Origin: an uncultured delta proteobacterium
GTDB lineage: Bacteria; Desulfobacterota; Binatia; Binatales; Binataceae
Reading direction: 5' to 3'
Assembly: GCA_963724765.1 (NCBI GenBank)
Contig: CAVRVY010000004.1
Span: forward strand, 1,248,001 to 1,312,000
Length of the DNA stretch: 64,000 nucleotides
How positions within the stretch are numbered: position 1 is the first letter of the stretch; each line of letters begins with the position of its first letter. The notes beneath the pieces are model-generated. The model did no database searches. It worked only from the letters and a program-made list of their open reading frames with translations, and was not told where the DNA came from. Below, piece after piece: positions 39,003 to 48,975 of this stretch. Both the position numbers and the translations under genes were made by a program.

Positions 39003-40151
39003 TCAATAGCTCGCGAACTGCGGCGCGGGCGGGCGATAGACCTTGCCATGCGATCGCAGGTATTGCGCGCGCACCGTGACCGGATTGCGGTCCCACAGGT
39101 TGTACATCATATCCGCCAGCCCTTCCTTGCTGACATTGACCTGGCCGTCACCGAGCCCGTCGAGCTGGTCGTACGGATCGGCGCGATTCATCTGCACTGT
39201 GAGCGGCGGCAATCCCTGCGGCGCGTAAGGCCATGGCCAGGCAGTCGAGAGCATTCCGTAGAAGCTGATGTTGGCGATCTGGTTGAAGAGCATCTGATGC
39301 GTGTGGCCATGGATTACGGTGACGTGGGGGTAGGGCCTGAGCAGCGCCTGCACCTGATCGGCGTCTTCGGTCCAGAAATTCCAGTTGCGGTAGTACTTAT
39401 AGAGCGGCGAGTGTGAGAACACGAGCAGCGGCGTGGTGGCCGGCACTTTGGCGAGGTCGCCTTTGAGCCATTCGCGCTCCTGGTCGCCGACTTCGAAGCG
39501 CGACTGAATCGGATTGTCCAACCCCGCGACGATTTGCATCCGCTCGGCCGGGGTCAGCTTGCGCGCGGTCCAGAAATCCTTCTCATGCACGCTCATCAGG
39601 ACGATTACGTGCACGCCTTTCCAGTCGAACGAATAGTTGGGCGGGCCGAACAGCTCCTGCCATTTCTCGCCCAAATCGTAAAACCAGTCATGCTCCCCGA
39701 CCATCATTTTGACCGGCGCCTTGAGCATCGAGAGAATTTCCTTGCCCTGCTGCAGTTCCTCGGGCCGCCCCAACTGCGCCAGGTCGCCGCCGAACAGCAC
39801 AAAATCGGGCTGTGGATCGAGCGCGTTGACGTCCTCGACCGCTTTGACCGCGCCTTTGACGAAACGCTGATTGAGCGTCCGCACGTACATGTGCGTGTCG
39901 GAGATATAGGCAAAAGTAAACGGCGGCGTTCCCGACAGGCCGGTCGCGCTCGCGCTCTTGTCCACGGCCGCCTCGGCTACGTTGACGAGCTGAAAGGTAT
40001 GCGGCGGCATTAGACCCTTGGCCATCACGGCGCCGGCGCTCGCAGCCAGGACTTTCAGGAAAGTGCGGCGATCGAGCCGGCGCATCCCGCGCAGCACCGC
40101 CTCGCGATCTTCCATGTATTTGGTTTCGACGCTCTTGTGCCGTACCGCCAT
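39003..40151 (-). CDS. Tat-exported metallophosphoesterase-fold protein
   Basis: DRRTFLK Tat motif; SDTH, GGDL, GEHD, SHSP, HGHTH. Confidence 0.85.
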   Translation of the reverse strand: MAVRHKSVETKYMEDREAVLRGMRRLDRRTFLKVLAASAGAVMAKGLMPPHTFQLVNVAEAAVDKSASATGLSGTPPFTFAYISDTHMYVRTLNQRFVKGAVKAVEDVNALDPQPDFVLFGGDLAQLGRPEELQQGKEILSMLKAPVKMMVGEHDWFYDLGEKWQELFGPPNYSFDWKGVHVIVLMSVHEKDFWTARKLTPAERMQIVAGLDNPIQSRFEVGDQEREWLKGDLAKVPATTPLLVFSHSPLYKYYRNWNFWTEDADQVQALLRPYPHVTVIHGHTHQMLFNQIANISFYGMLSTAWPWPYAPQGLPPLTVQMNRADPYDQLDGLGDGQVNVSKEGLADMMYNLWDRNPVTVRAQYLRSHGKVYRPPAPQFASY

Positions 40152-40179
40152 GACTTTGCTTCCTCGTGGATAAGGATCG

Positions 40180-41478
40180 TCAGTCGCCGCCGAGTAGCGC
40201 GGGATTCTCTTCGCTCTGTGCCGGCGTCATATCACCGAACGGTCCCTTGAAGCCGGGACCGAGGCCGGACTTGCCCATCGCGGCCGCCTCGTCGCGCTGA
40301 GGACGCTCGGTCTTGGCACGTGCGCGCTGCTTTTCGAGCTCCTCGTTCGCCGCGCTCGCGTATTCGGGACTGGTCAGAGTCGCGAGGAAAGCGACGAGGT
40401 CATCTTCTTCGGATTCGCTGAGTCCGAGCGGCAGCAGGCCGCCATCGAGGTAAGGGTTCGGTACGCCGCCTTTATTGTAGTGATCCAGAACGTCCCACAG
40501 CGTCGGCTGCGAACCGTCGTGGAAGTAGGGCTGCGTCACCAGCAAGTTGCGCAAGCCCATCGTTCGGAAGCCGCCGATATCATGGGCCTGTTTGGTTACG
40601 AGGAAACGCCCGAGCCCGCTCATGTCGGTTTGGATTGCGAGTCGGTCGAGCTGCTGCAAACCGCCGCCGCCCTGCGCGATCAATAACAGCGCTTTGCGCG
40701 CCAGCGGAACGAAGTCCGACTTATGCGCAGATACGCCAATATTATGAAAACGATTGTCAGTGAACAGCGGCTGCGTCGGATTCCATCCGTGGCAAGTCAT
40801 GCAGCGGCCCTTGCCGTTGAACAATGACCATCCGCGTTTGGCGCTGGCATTGATGGCGTTCTGATCGCCCGCCATAAAATGGTCGAAGGGCGTATCGAAG
40901 GCAACCTGCGTGCGTTCGTAAGCCGCGATCGCCTTCTCGATATTGTCCATCGTGATTGCGCCGTTGAATACGGCCTGAAACGACTGCTGATAGTCGGAAA
41001 TCGCCTTCACCTTGCCGACTACATCGTCGAAGCTCTTGTTGCCCATTTCGACCGGGTTGAGGATCGGGCCTTCGATTTGTTTCTCCAGCGTTGGCGCGCG
41101 GCCGTCCCAAAACTGGAGCGTGTTGAACAGCGCGTTCAAAACGGTCGGAGCGTTGCGCTGTCCGAAAGCGTGATGAATACCCATCGAGGTCGGGAGCTGA
41201 TCGGTGAAACCCTTGGCGGGCGAATGGCACTGGTCGCACGATACGGTGCCATCGGCAGAGAGCCGATCGTCGAAGAAGAGCTTACGGCCGAGCTCTACCT
41301 TTGCCGGCGTCTGTGGATTATCCGCCGGTATTACCCACGAATAGAGCTCGGCGGGGAAGCCGGTCTGATTGTTCGGCTTGGGTGCGGCGAGCGGAACCGA
41401 CTCGTCGGCGCCCACAGTTGTCATCAAGGCAATCGCTACGGCGCAGAGAATCACCGGTGTGAACAGCCTGGCTCTCAT
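40180..41478 (-). CDS. Diheme bCcP/MauG superfamily protein
   Basis: LGRKLFFD.RLS, CDQCH, RNAPTVLN, QFWDGRA, CMTCH, LRN...TQPYFHDGS, DHYNKGG; AGGAGG RBS. Confidence 0.93.
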   Translation of the reverse strand: MRARLFTPVILCAVAIALMTTVGADESVPLAAPKPNNQTGFPAELYSWVIPADNPQTPAKVELGRKLFFDDRLSADGTVSCDQCHSPAKGFTDQLPTSMGIHHAFGQRNAPTVLNALFNTLQFWDGRAPTLEKQIEGPILNPVEMGNKSFDDVVGKVKAISDYQQSFQAVFNGAITMDNIEKAIAAYERTQVAFDTPFDHFMAGDQNAINASAKRGWSLFNGKGRCMTCHGWNPTQPLFTDNRFHNIGVSAHKSDFVPLARKALLLIAQGGGGLQQLDRLAIQTDMSGLGRFLVTKQAHDIGGFRTMGLRNLLVTQPYFHDGSQPTLWDVLDHYNKGGVPNPYLDGGLLPLGLSESEEDDLVAFLATLTSPEYASAANEELEKQRARAKTERPQRDEAAAMGKSGLGPGFKGPFGDMTPAQSEENPALLGGD

Positions 41479-41642
41479 TGCCTCCTCCTGACAGCCGGTC
41501 GAAACCTCGAAGTCTACAAGACATCCTGACACGAAGCCTCAGGCCGTTGGCAACACGCTCATCGGCACCTGACCCAACCAGGTTAGAAAAGCTTCTCGCG
41601 AATCGAGACGGAATTTCCGTCTCTGAGTTCCACCCTCGTCGG

Positions 41643-41683
41643 CGTATAGCAAACCCCACCCGCCTTCGCAAAGTTTACGCAAA
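41643..41683 (-). promoter_or_regulatory. Putative sigma70 promoter with 11-bp-period direct repeat at -35
   Basis: Minus strand TTGCGA-N17-TATACG; TTTGCG twice at 11-bp spacing. Confidence 0.35.
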
Positions 41684-41701
41684 CTTCAAAGGATGGCAGT
41701 T

Positions 41702-43645
41702 CTACGATCTCGCCATTGGGAACTGTGACGTTTCGGCGCGGCCGGCAGCGGTGGCGGGCGGCCGTAGCGCGGCGGGATCGAGATTCGGTCCGCGCAGATG
41801 AATCAGCCGGCCGTCGGCGCCGTCGCGCTCCGAGAGCCATCGTGCGACGATCGCCATCGCGTCCAGTTCATCGCGTATCACCGGCCGCGCGCGATAGCCC
41901 TCGTAATTCGCGGCCACGAATTCCGCAACCGCCTGCGCATCACCGGCTTCCGCGACCGCACGGCTCAGCGCGAGCCGCCCGCTCAGCACCACATGCGCGA
42001 GCGTCGAGGCGCCAGCGCCTGCCACGATCACGAGATTGTTCTCGGTGACGACGCGGCTTAGCCGCTCGGCGCGCGCGGCGAGGGTGGTGAGCGAGGTCAG
42101 CTCGCGCTTAAACCGCGCGGCCTCCTCGAAACGCATCGCGCGGGCCGCCTCGTCGCGCGCGCGAGCCAGTTCGCCGAGCAGAGGGCCGCTGCGTCCGCGC
42201 AGGAATTCGACCGCGCGCCGCACTCGCGCGCCGTAAGCGTCTTCGTCGGCGCTCAGGTTGCACGGCATCGCGCAGTGCCCCATCTGGCCGTACATGCACG
42301 GCGAAAAATCCGCGTATGGCGCGAGCTTGCCGACGCAGGTGCGCAATCCCAGGATACGCTCGAGTGCGCGCATCGCGCGGTCTACCCCGCCCCGGCCCGC
42401 GAACGGCCCAAGCTGCATCATGCCGCGGCGCGCCGAAAGCCTGGTCGAGAGCGTCAGCCGCGGAAAGGCGTCCATCAGGTCGAGCCGCAAGAAGTACGCC
42501 TGCGCCATCCCCTTGAGCATCCGGTTGTACGGCGGTTTGAGTTCGCGGATGAGCCGCGCCTCGAGCAGCGCGGCGTCTAGCGCCGACAGCGTCACCCGCG
42601 CATCGATCATATAAACGTGGCTTACAAGATCGGCGGTCTTGGCGTCGATCGTCATGCCGCCGTTGAAATACGAGGCAACCCGCTCGCGCAGACGCCGCGC
42701 CTTGCCGACGTAGAGCAGATCGCCACGCTCGTTGCGCATCAGGTAAACTCCGGGCGCCATCGGCAGAGCCGCGATCGCTTCGGGTGCGACGTGACGCTCG
42801 ATCCTGCGGCCGGCGGCGCCGCGGCTGTGCAGATCGATCAGCCGGTCGACGCGGGTAATACCGCTTTGCGCGGCGATGTCGAGAAAGATCGACAGCAGCT
42901 CGGCCGCCATTCGCGCGTCACCGAGCCCGCGATGGCGGCCCTGGGTCGAAAGCCCGAAATGTTCGGCCAGCGCGTCGAGCCGGCGCCGGCGCAGCGAGGG
43001 CGCGAAGCGGCGCGAGAGCCTGAGCGTGCACAACACCGGGTTCTTGAGCCCCATCCCGAACACCCGGCGGAACTCGAAGTCGAGGAACGCGAAATCGAAC
43101 TGCGCGTTGTGCGCGACCATCACCGCGTCGCCCAGAAAATCGCGAAACGCCGGCAGCACGCGCTCGATTGGCGGCGCGCCGGCCACCATCTCATTGGTGA
43201 TCGACGTAAGCCGCGTGACGAAGGGCGAGATCGGACCGCGCGGGCGCACCAGAGTCGCGAACGATTCCGTCATCCGCGGACCTTCCATCCGGTACGCGCC
43301 GATTTCGGTAATCGCGCCGGGGCCGGGGCGCCCGCCGGTGGTTTCGAGATCGACCACCACGTAGCGGCCCCGTTCCAGCGGCACCTTCAGCGCCTCGCTC
43401 GCGCGCAAGGCCCACATCCCGCTCGCGCCGTCGAACACGAAATTCGGATCGCCGGCGAGCAGGCGGTGAACGATACGCGGGCCGAGTTCGGGGTCGGAAC
43501 CTGCGCCCTGAAAGAGCAGGCCAACCAATTCGTCGGTGTGCGCGCCGGCTATCTGGCGCTCGAGATAAGCGTAAAGCTTCTCGCGCGCGGTTGCGCCTGA
43601 ATAACGATGCTCGAGGTCGAAAGCTGCCACAGCCCCATCCACCAC
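41702..43645 (-). CDS. DEDDh exonuclease (DnaQ-like) fused to GIY-YIG/UvrC N-terminal (Cho-like) nuclease
   Basis: VVVDLETTG, AHNAQFD, HRGLGDA; PGVYLM..LYVGKA..LRERVASYF, LEARLI..KPPYN, Cys cluster, UVR helix FEEAA. Confidence 0.85.
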   Translation of the reverse strand: MVDGAVAAFDLEHRYSGATAREKLYAYLERQIAGAHTDELVGLLFQGAGSDPELGPRIVHRLLAGDPNFVFDGASGMWALRASEALKVPLERGRYVVVDLETTGGRPGPGAITEIGAYRMEGPRMTESFATLVRPRGPISPFVTRLTSITNEMVAGAPPIERVLPAFRDFLGDAVMVAHNAQFDFAFLDFEFRRVFGMGLKNPVLCTLRLSRRFAPSLRRRRLDALAEHFGLSTQGRHRGLGDARMAAELLSIFLDIAAQSGITRVDRLIDLHSRGAAGRRIERHVAPEAIAALPMAPGVYLMRNERGDLLYVGKARRLRERVASYFNGGMTIDAKTADLVSHVYMIDARVTLSALDAALLEARLIRELKPPYNRMLKGMAQAYFLRLDLMDAFPRLTLSTRLSARRGMMQLGPFAGRGGVDRAMRALERILGLRTCVGKLAPYADFSPCMYGQMGHCAMPCNLSADEDAYGARVRRAVEFLRGRSGPLLGELARARDEAARAMRFEEAARFKRELTSLTTLAARAERLSRVVTENNLVIVAGAGASTLAHVVLSGRLALSRAVAEAGDAQAVAEFVAANYEGYRARPVIRDELDAMAIVARWLSERDGADGRLIHLRGPNLDPAALRPPATAAGRAETSQFPMARS

Positions 43646-43766
43646 ACTTCGCGTTATGTTCGCTTTAGCAGACCGCGCGGCGAATGCCTATCCCTGATGC
43701 AGACCCGCTTTGCCGGGCCGCGTCGGGAACGGATACGTTTAACGGACGGCGGGTGAGAAAATTTCG

Positions 43767-44777
43767 ATGCTGACTCGACGCAAGATGTGGAAGGTGACGT
43801 GGATGGTGGTGGCGGGCGCCGCGATAGCATTGATGGCGCTCGTGGCGAGCCGGTTGATTTCGGAGGCGGGTCCGTACCAGGACGCCCCGCCGCCCAGCGG
43901 CCAACTGCATCCGGAGCTGTGGCCAGGCCGCACACTTACCATCGCGGACCTCGGCCATTCGACGCTGCTGATGAACTGGTACGGCCTGCGCGTGCTGAGC
44001 GACCCGACGTTGTTCAATCGCGTCGGACTTTCGTTAGGCTCGCTGCTGACTATCGGACCGCGCCGGCATAGCGCGCCGCCGCTTGCGCCGGCGCAGTTGC
44101 AAAACCTCGACGTCATTCTGATAACCCACGCACACATGGACCATCTCGACCTTCCCTCGCTGCGCGCCCTGCCCAAGAGCGCGGTGGTGATCGCGTGCGG
44201 CGGATGCGCCCGGCTGATTCGTCCGTTGGGCTTCACCGACGTGCGCGAGCTTCGATGGGGCGAGCACACGGAAGTAAAAGGACTCAGCGTGACGGCGATG
44301 GGCGCGAAGCATTGGGGCGTGCGATGGCCGCCGATGGGCCGCGCGTATGGCTACAACAGCTACCTGCTGGAGCGCGGCGGTACGCGGATGCTGCTCGCGT
44401 GCGACAGCGCCTATACGCCGCTGTTCGGGACGCTCGCGTCCGACCCGCCCGACGTCGCGGCCTTCTCTATCGCGGCCTACGATCCATGGATTCGCAATCA
44501 TGCCGATCCCGAACAGGTCTGGGCGATGTTTCAGCAAAGCGGTGCACGCTACCTGGTGCCGATTCACTGGGGGACCTTCCGGCTGTCCAGGGAGCCAATG
44601 GACGAACCGATGCGCCGGCTGCTGGCGGCGGCCGGCCCCGAGGCCGATCGCATCGCGATACGGCAGATCGGAGTTGCCTGGAGCTTGCCGGCGACGGCGC
44701 GGCGAAATGGCGGTCAGGCCGCCAGTCGAGGCCACGCACGAGATGACGTCGGCGTTCGGCTAAAGGCGTCAAAATGA
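43767..44777 (+). CDS. MBL-fold metallo-hydrolase (NAPE-PLD/RomA-like), N-terminal TM/signal
   Basis: LGHSTLL, THAHMDHLD, PIHWGTF. Confidence 0.85.
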   Translation: MLTRRKMWKVTWMVVAGAAIALMALVASRLISEAGPYQDAPPPSGQLHPELWPGRTLTIADLGHSTLLMNWYGLRVLSDPTLFNRVGLSLGSLLTIGPRRHSAPPLAPAQLQNLDVILITHAHMDHLDLPSLRALPKSAVVIACGGCARLIRPLGFTDVRELRWGEHTEVKGLSVTAMGAKHWGVRWPPMGRAYGYNSYLLERGGTRMLLACDSAYTPLFGTLASDPPDVAAFSIAAYDPWIRNHADPEQVWAMFQQSGARYLVPIHWGTFRLSREPMDEPMRRLLAAAGPEADRIAIRQIGVAWSLPATARRNGGQAASRGHARDDVGVRLKASK

Positions 44778-44849
44778 GCTACAATGCTTCAGGAGATGGA
44801 AAGGGCGGCATTACGCTGTCCTCCGCGTATTCCATTGGTGGGGGAAATC

Positions 44850-45752
44850 ATGGCCACGCTGCAAGCGCGAGACAAGCTGCACGGCAGGCGCACGATCAGG
44901 CGTGAGGCGTCATTTTTCAACCAGACTTTTGCGCGGCTTGCGATAGCCGCACTGGTGCTTGGATGCGCGGCACTGGGCGCACGGCCGACGCTCGCACGGG
45001 ACGACGACTGGTCGGTTGTATCGCCCCAGGACCAGTCGCAGCAGGAGCAGTCGAATCAAGTCCAGTCGAATCAGGTCCACGAGAGCCATCGATCCACGAC
45101 CAAGCCCGCCGAAGCTGACCCCAACGCAGCCCAAGCACTGCCGCCGGAGCTGCAGCCTGGAGCCGATGGTGCGCAAATGATCTGCGGTGAGATGGCGCGG
45201 CCGGCAACGGAGCCGTACAAGAGCATCGTCGCCAACATCGATCGCGCTTGGGGGGCCAGCGCCACGGTCTACGAATCGGTGCGCGCCGGCTCGCCGCACG
45301 TGTCGCGCGGCGGATGCATCTTCTACAACCCAACCTTCATGGACGTTTTCCTGCGCGGCGAGGCCGACGAGCACGGCGAGCCCGACAAGACGTCGATGAT
45401 TTACGCGATCCTGGCGCATGAGCTCGGCCATATCGAGCATCACGACTACGAGCGCACCGATGTCTCCAGCGTCGACAAGGAACTCCAGGCCGATCGCTTC
45501 TCCGGCTACACGCTCGAGCGGCTGAGCATCCCGCGCGACAACATCACCGCCTTCTACAGCATGGGCGGCGACGAGTTCAGCGGCGTCCATGACCACGGCT
45601 TTTCCAACCAGCGTATCGCGGCCTTCAACCAGGGCTGGCAACGCGCCGAGTGGAACGAGCCCGAGGACGGCGGCAAGGCGGCCAGCAACGCCGCGAATAG
45701 CGCAGCCATTGACGACGAGGCCGACGATGCGGGCACCGCGGCGCTGCCGTAG
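44850..45752 (+). CDS. Exported zinc metallopeptidase-like protein (M48-like)
   Basis: Signal-like segment; ILAHELGH...ELQADRFSG. Confidence 0.65.
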   Translation: MATLQARDKLHGRRTIRREASFFNQTFARLAIAALVLGCAALGARPTLARDDDWSVVSPQDQSQQEQSNQVQSNQVHESHRSTTKPAEADPNAAQALPPELQPGADGAQMICGEMARPATEPYKSIVANIDRAWGASATVYESVRAGSPHVSRGGCIFYNPTFMDVFLRGEADEHGEPDKTSMIYAILAHELGHIEHHDYERTDVSSVDKELQADRFSGYTLERLSIPRDNITAFYSMGGDEFSGVHDHGFSNQRIAAFNQGWQRAEWNEPEDGGKAASNAANSAAIDDEADDAGTAALP

Positions 45753-45906
45753 CAATGCTGAGGTGAAAGAAAAACTCGAGCGCCTGGATCGCAGCCGACT
45801 CGGGACTGTGGGAAGCTCGACCCAAAGCTAGAACGGGCGATGGCCGAGACGGACCCAACATCTGCGGCGCACCCAAGGGTCACGCGGCACGATTCGCGAT
45901 CGCTCG

Positions 45907-47505
45907 TCACACTTTCTTGCGGCGCTTGGAGAGATAATCGACCAGCATGTATTCGCCGAGATGGTCGGGGCGGGTGTAGAGCGCGCGTCCGCGGTTGATC
46001 AGGGTCATCTTCTCGACGAACGCGCGCAGGCTTGGCGAATCATCCAGCATGAAAGTGTTGATCGTGATGCCCTTGCGGGTGACGCGCTCGACTTCCTTGA
46101 GCGTCTCCTGGGCCGCGCGCATGCTGATGCCGCCGAACGACAAAGGCCACTCGCAATACAGGCGCTTGTTGAGAAAGTAGGCGGTAGGCTGGCCGTCGGT
46201 TATCACGATGATGTGCTGGTTGCGCGAGGGATGCCGCGCGAGCAGATCCGAAGCGAGACGCAGCCCGTCCTGCAGATTGGTGAACGGGTCGCCCATGTTC
46301 CACGAGGCCTCGGGCAGGTCCTTGAGCTTGAGCTCGACCGCGCGGGTGAAGAACCCGACGATCGAAAAAAAATCGCGCGGAAACTTCGAGCGGATCAGCG
46401 TCTCCATCGCCATCGCGACTTTTTTGGCCGCCGCGAACCGCCCCTCCCAGCTCATCGACCACGACATGTCCAGGCACAACACGGTCGACGACGAACTGGC
46501 GTAGTCGCTTTCGTAGACCTCGAAGTCGCCAGGCTCCAACTTAAGCGGCACGCCGGGGTGCCGCGTCAGTGCGTGCTTGAGCGTGGCGACCAGGTTAAGG
46601 TTGAGCGGATCGCCGAAGCTATAGCTCTTGGTCTCGTCGGGGCGGATCTCGGTTATGCCGCGATGGTCGGTCGCGTGCGACCCGCCGCGGTCCTTGAGCA
46701 GGCCCTGGTAGATGTCGCGCAGCGCGAGCTGGCCGATACGCCGCACGCCCTTGGGCGAGAGCGCCATGTGCTCGCCCTTTTGCACCATGTAGCCGCCCTC
46801 TTCCAGCAGCAGCATCACCTGGCGCAGGTTCTGGAAATCCTGCTCGGCCTGCTGGCCCAGCATCTCGCGCAGATCATCCATCGAGATTTTGTCGAAGTTG
46901 CCCGACATCAGATCCTGCTCGAGCTGCTTCATGCGATCCATCTCGCGCATCAGCTCGAGCGCCTGCTGGTAGTCCAGGCTCTTGGGCCCGTGGAACAGGT
47001 GCTGGTTGCGCTCGCGGAAGTTTTCGAGGTCGCGGATGTTCTCGTACTCCTTGAGCAGCGCCTCGAAATCGGCGCGCGCCTGGGCGTCCTCGAACTCGTG
47101 GCTCTCGAGTTTGCGAATCGCTTCCGAGAGCCGCCGCGGCATCCGCTTAAGCTCGCGCAGCTTCTCGTCGAGTTTGGCGCTCGGATGCTCGGCGCTTAAC
47201 CGCTCCAACGTGCCGCGCTCGCGATCGACGATGTCCTGGAGCCGCTGCTCCATCTCGCCGAGCGCGTCCTTGAGATTGAACTCGCGGTAGCGCTGGCGCA
47301 TCTCCTGGCGCAATTGCTCGAGAAACTCCTCCAGGCCCGCCACCCGCGAGCCGTCGAAGTCCATCCCCTGGCGCGTCATCCAGTCCATCGCCTGGCGTAC
47401 GTCGTCGGTATAGGAGAGGAACTCGGCCAGCTTCTCGAACACCTTGTCGGCGTCGAGCTTGAGCTTCTGACTGCCGTCCCACGCGGTGTAGCGGATTTCG
47501 ATCAT
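45907..47505 (-). CDS. VWA domain-containing protein
   Basis: MIDAS DMSWSM, TNLQDGL, ITDGQPT. Confidence 0.88.
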   Translation of the reverse strand: MIEIRYTAWDGSQKLKLDADKVFEKLAEFLSYTDDVRQAMDWMTRQGMDFDGSRVAGLEEFLEQLRQEMRQRYREFNLKDALGEMEQRLQDIVDRERGTLERLSAEHPSAKLDEKLRELKRMPRRLSEAIRKLESHEFEDAQARADFEALLKEYENIRDLENFRERNQHLFHGPKSLDYQQALELMREMDRMKQLEQDLMSGNFDKISMDDLREMLGQQAEQDFQNLRQVMLLLEEGGYMVQKGEHMALSPKGVRRIGQLALRDIYQGLLKDRGGSHATDHRGITEIRPDETKSYSFGDPLNLNLVATLKHALTRHPGVPLKLEPGDFEVYESDYASSSSTVLCLDMSWSMSWEGRFAAAKKVAMAMETLIRSKFPRDFFSIVGFFTRAVELKLKDLPEASWNMGDPFTNLQDGLRLASDLLARHPSRNQHIIVITDGQPTAYFLNKRLYCEWPLSFGGISMRAAQETLKEVERVTRKGITINTFMLDDSPSLRAFVEKMTLINRGRALYTRPDHLGEYMLVDYLSKRRKKV

Positions 47506-47532
47506 CGGCGTCGCCCGCGCTTGGCCCCGACC

Positions 47533-48942
47533 TCAGGCGTGATAGGCGAAGCGCCCACCCTGGCGCTCCTTGTTGAGCTTCTGATGAAGGTGCAGGCCCT
47601 CGAACACCAGCTCGCTCGCCGCCGCCATCAGGCCCGGGGTCTCGAACGAGCCGAGCTGTTCGACCGCCTCGCGCAGGCCCGGCACCTCGCGCAGCGCGTC
47701 GAGGTATTCGGAGGCGGGCGCGTCGTCGGAGACCTCGACTCCCCATCCGCCCTCGAAGTAGGCGGACACGCGGCGCAGGTCCTCAATTTTGAAATAGCGA
47801 TCGAAGACCTTGAGCACGGCGCGGTTGATGAGGCGTTCGATGAGGTCCTCCTCCTTCTTGTCCTCGCCCACGTACTCAAGCTCGATTTTGCCGGCGGTCG
47901 AGGCGTAGAGCGAAGGCAGATCGGAAAGGCGCGGCACGATCTCATTGTCGCCCAGGCGCACGGCGCGCTTCTCGGCGTTGGAGACCACGGATTCAAAGTT
48001 ATTAATCGAGACCCGCACCGAGACCCCCGAACTCTGGTTGATCTCGTTGGAGGCGCGCGCCTCGAAGGTTAGCTGCGCGACCACCTCCTTGATGAAGGGC
48101 GGGACCCGCAGCGCCATCCCGGCGCTCGGCGGGTAGGCGGACTCCTGGTCCATGATCGCGATTTCGTCTTCGATCGTACGCGGATAGTGCGTGCGAATCT
48201 GAATGTCGAAGCGGTCCTTGAGCGGCGTGATGATTCGGCCGCGCGAGGTGTAGTCCTCGGGATTGGCGCTGGCCACAAACACCAGGTCAAGCGGCAGGCG
48301 CACCCGGTAACCCTTTATCTGGACGTCCTTCTCCTCCATCAGGTTGAACAGGCCCACCTGGACCTTCTCGGTCAGGTCGGGCAGCTCGTTGATGGCGAAG
48401 ATGCCGCGGTTGGTGCGCGGAATGAGGCCGTAGTGGATGGTCTCTTCGTCGGCGAGGTAGCGCCCCTCGGCGACTTTGATCGGATCGATCTCGCCGATCA
48501 GATCGGCCACCGAGACATCGGGGGTCGCCAGCTTCTCGGCGTAACGCCGCTCGCGTCCGATCCATTCGATCTCCAGCTCTTCGCCGAACTCGGCCGCCCG
48601 CCGCCGGCAGGCGCCGCACAGTGGCCGATAAGGATCGTCGTTGATCTCGCAGCCCTTGACCGCCGCCACGCGCTCGTCGAGCAAGTCGGCGAGCAATCGA
48701 ATGAGCCGCGACTTGGCCTGCCCGCGCTCGCCAAGAAAGATCATGTGATGACCCGCGAGCACGCCGTTTTCGATCTCGGGCAGCACGCTCTGGTCGTAGC
48801 CGATGATGCCGGGCAGGATGCGCTCGCGCGCGCGCAGACGTTCGAGCAGATTGCGGCGCATCTCGAGCCTGACCGGTAATACTTCGACGCCCGCCGCGCG
48901 CAATTCGCCCAGCGTGCGAATCTTGAGCAAGTCTTGCTTCAT
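47533..48942 (-). CDS. AAA+ ATPase (magnesium-chelatase-like, VWA partner)
   Basis: GERGQAKS, FAINELPDL, ASANPEDYTSRGRIITPLKDRF. Confidence 0.85.
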   Translation of the reverse strand: MKQDLLKIRTLGELRAAGVEVLPVRLEMRRNLLERLRARERILPGIIGYDQSVLPEIENGVLAGHHMIFLGERGQAKSRLIRLLADLLDERVAAVKGCEINDDPYRPLCGACRRRAAEFGEELEIEWIGRERRYAEKLATPDVSVADLIGEIDPIKVAEGRYLADEETIHYGLIPRTNRGIFAINELPDLTEKVQVGLFNLMEEKDVQIKGYRVRLPLDLVFVASANPEDYTSRGRIITPLKDRFDIQIRTHYPRTIEDEIAIMDQESAYPPSAGMALRVPPFIKEVVAQLTFEARASNEINQSSGVSVRVSINNFESVVSNAEKRAVRLGDNEIVPRLSDLPSLYASTAGKIELEYVGEDKKEEDLIERLINRAVLKVFDRYFKIEDLRRVSAYFEGGWGVEVSDDAPASEYLDALREVPGLREAVEQLGSFETPGLMAAASELVFEGLHLHQKLNKERQGGRFAYHA

Positions 48943-48975
48943 TTGGAGATCCAGTTGGGAAGTCCCATCCCAAGT

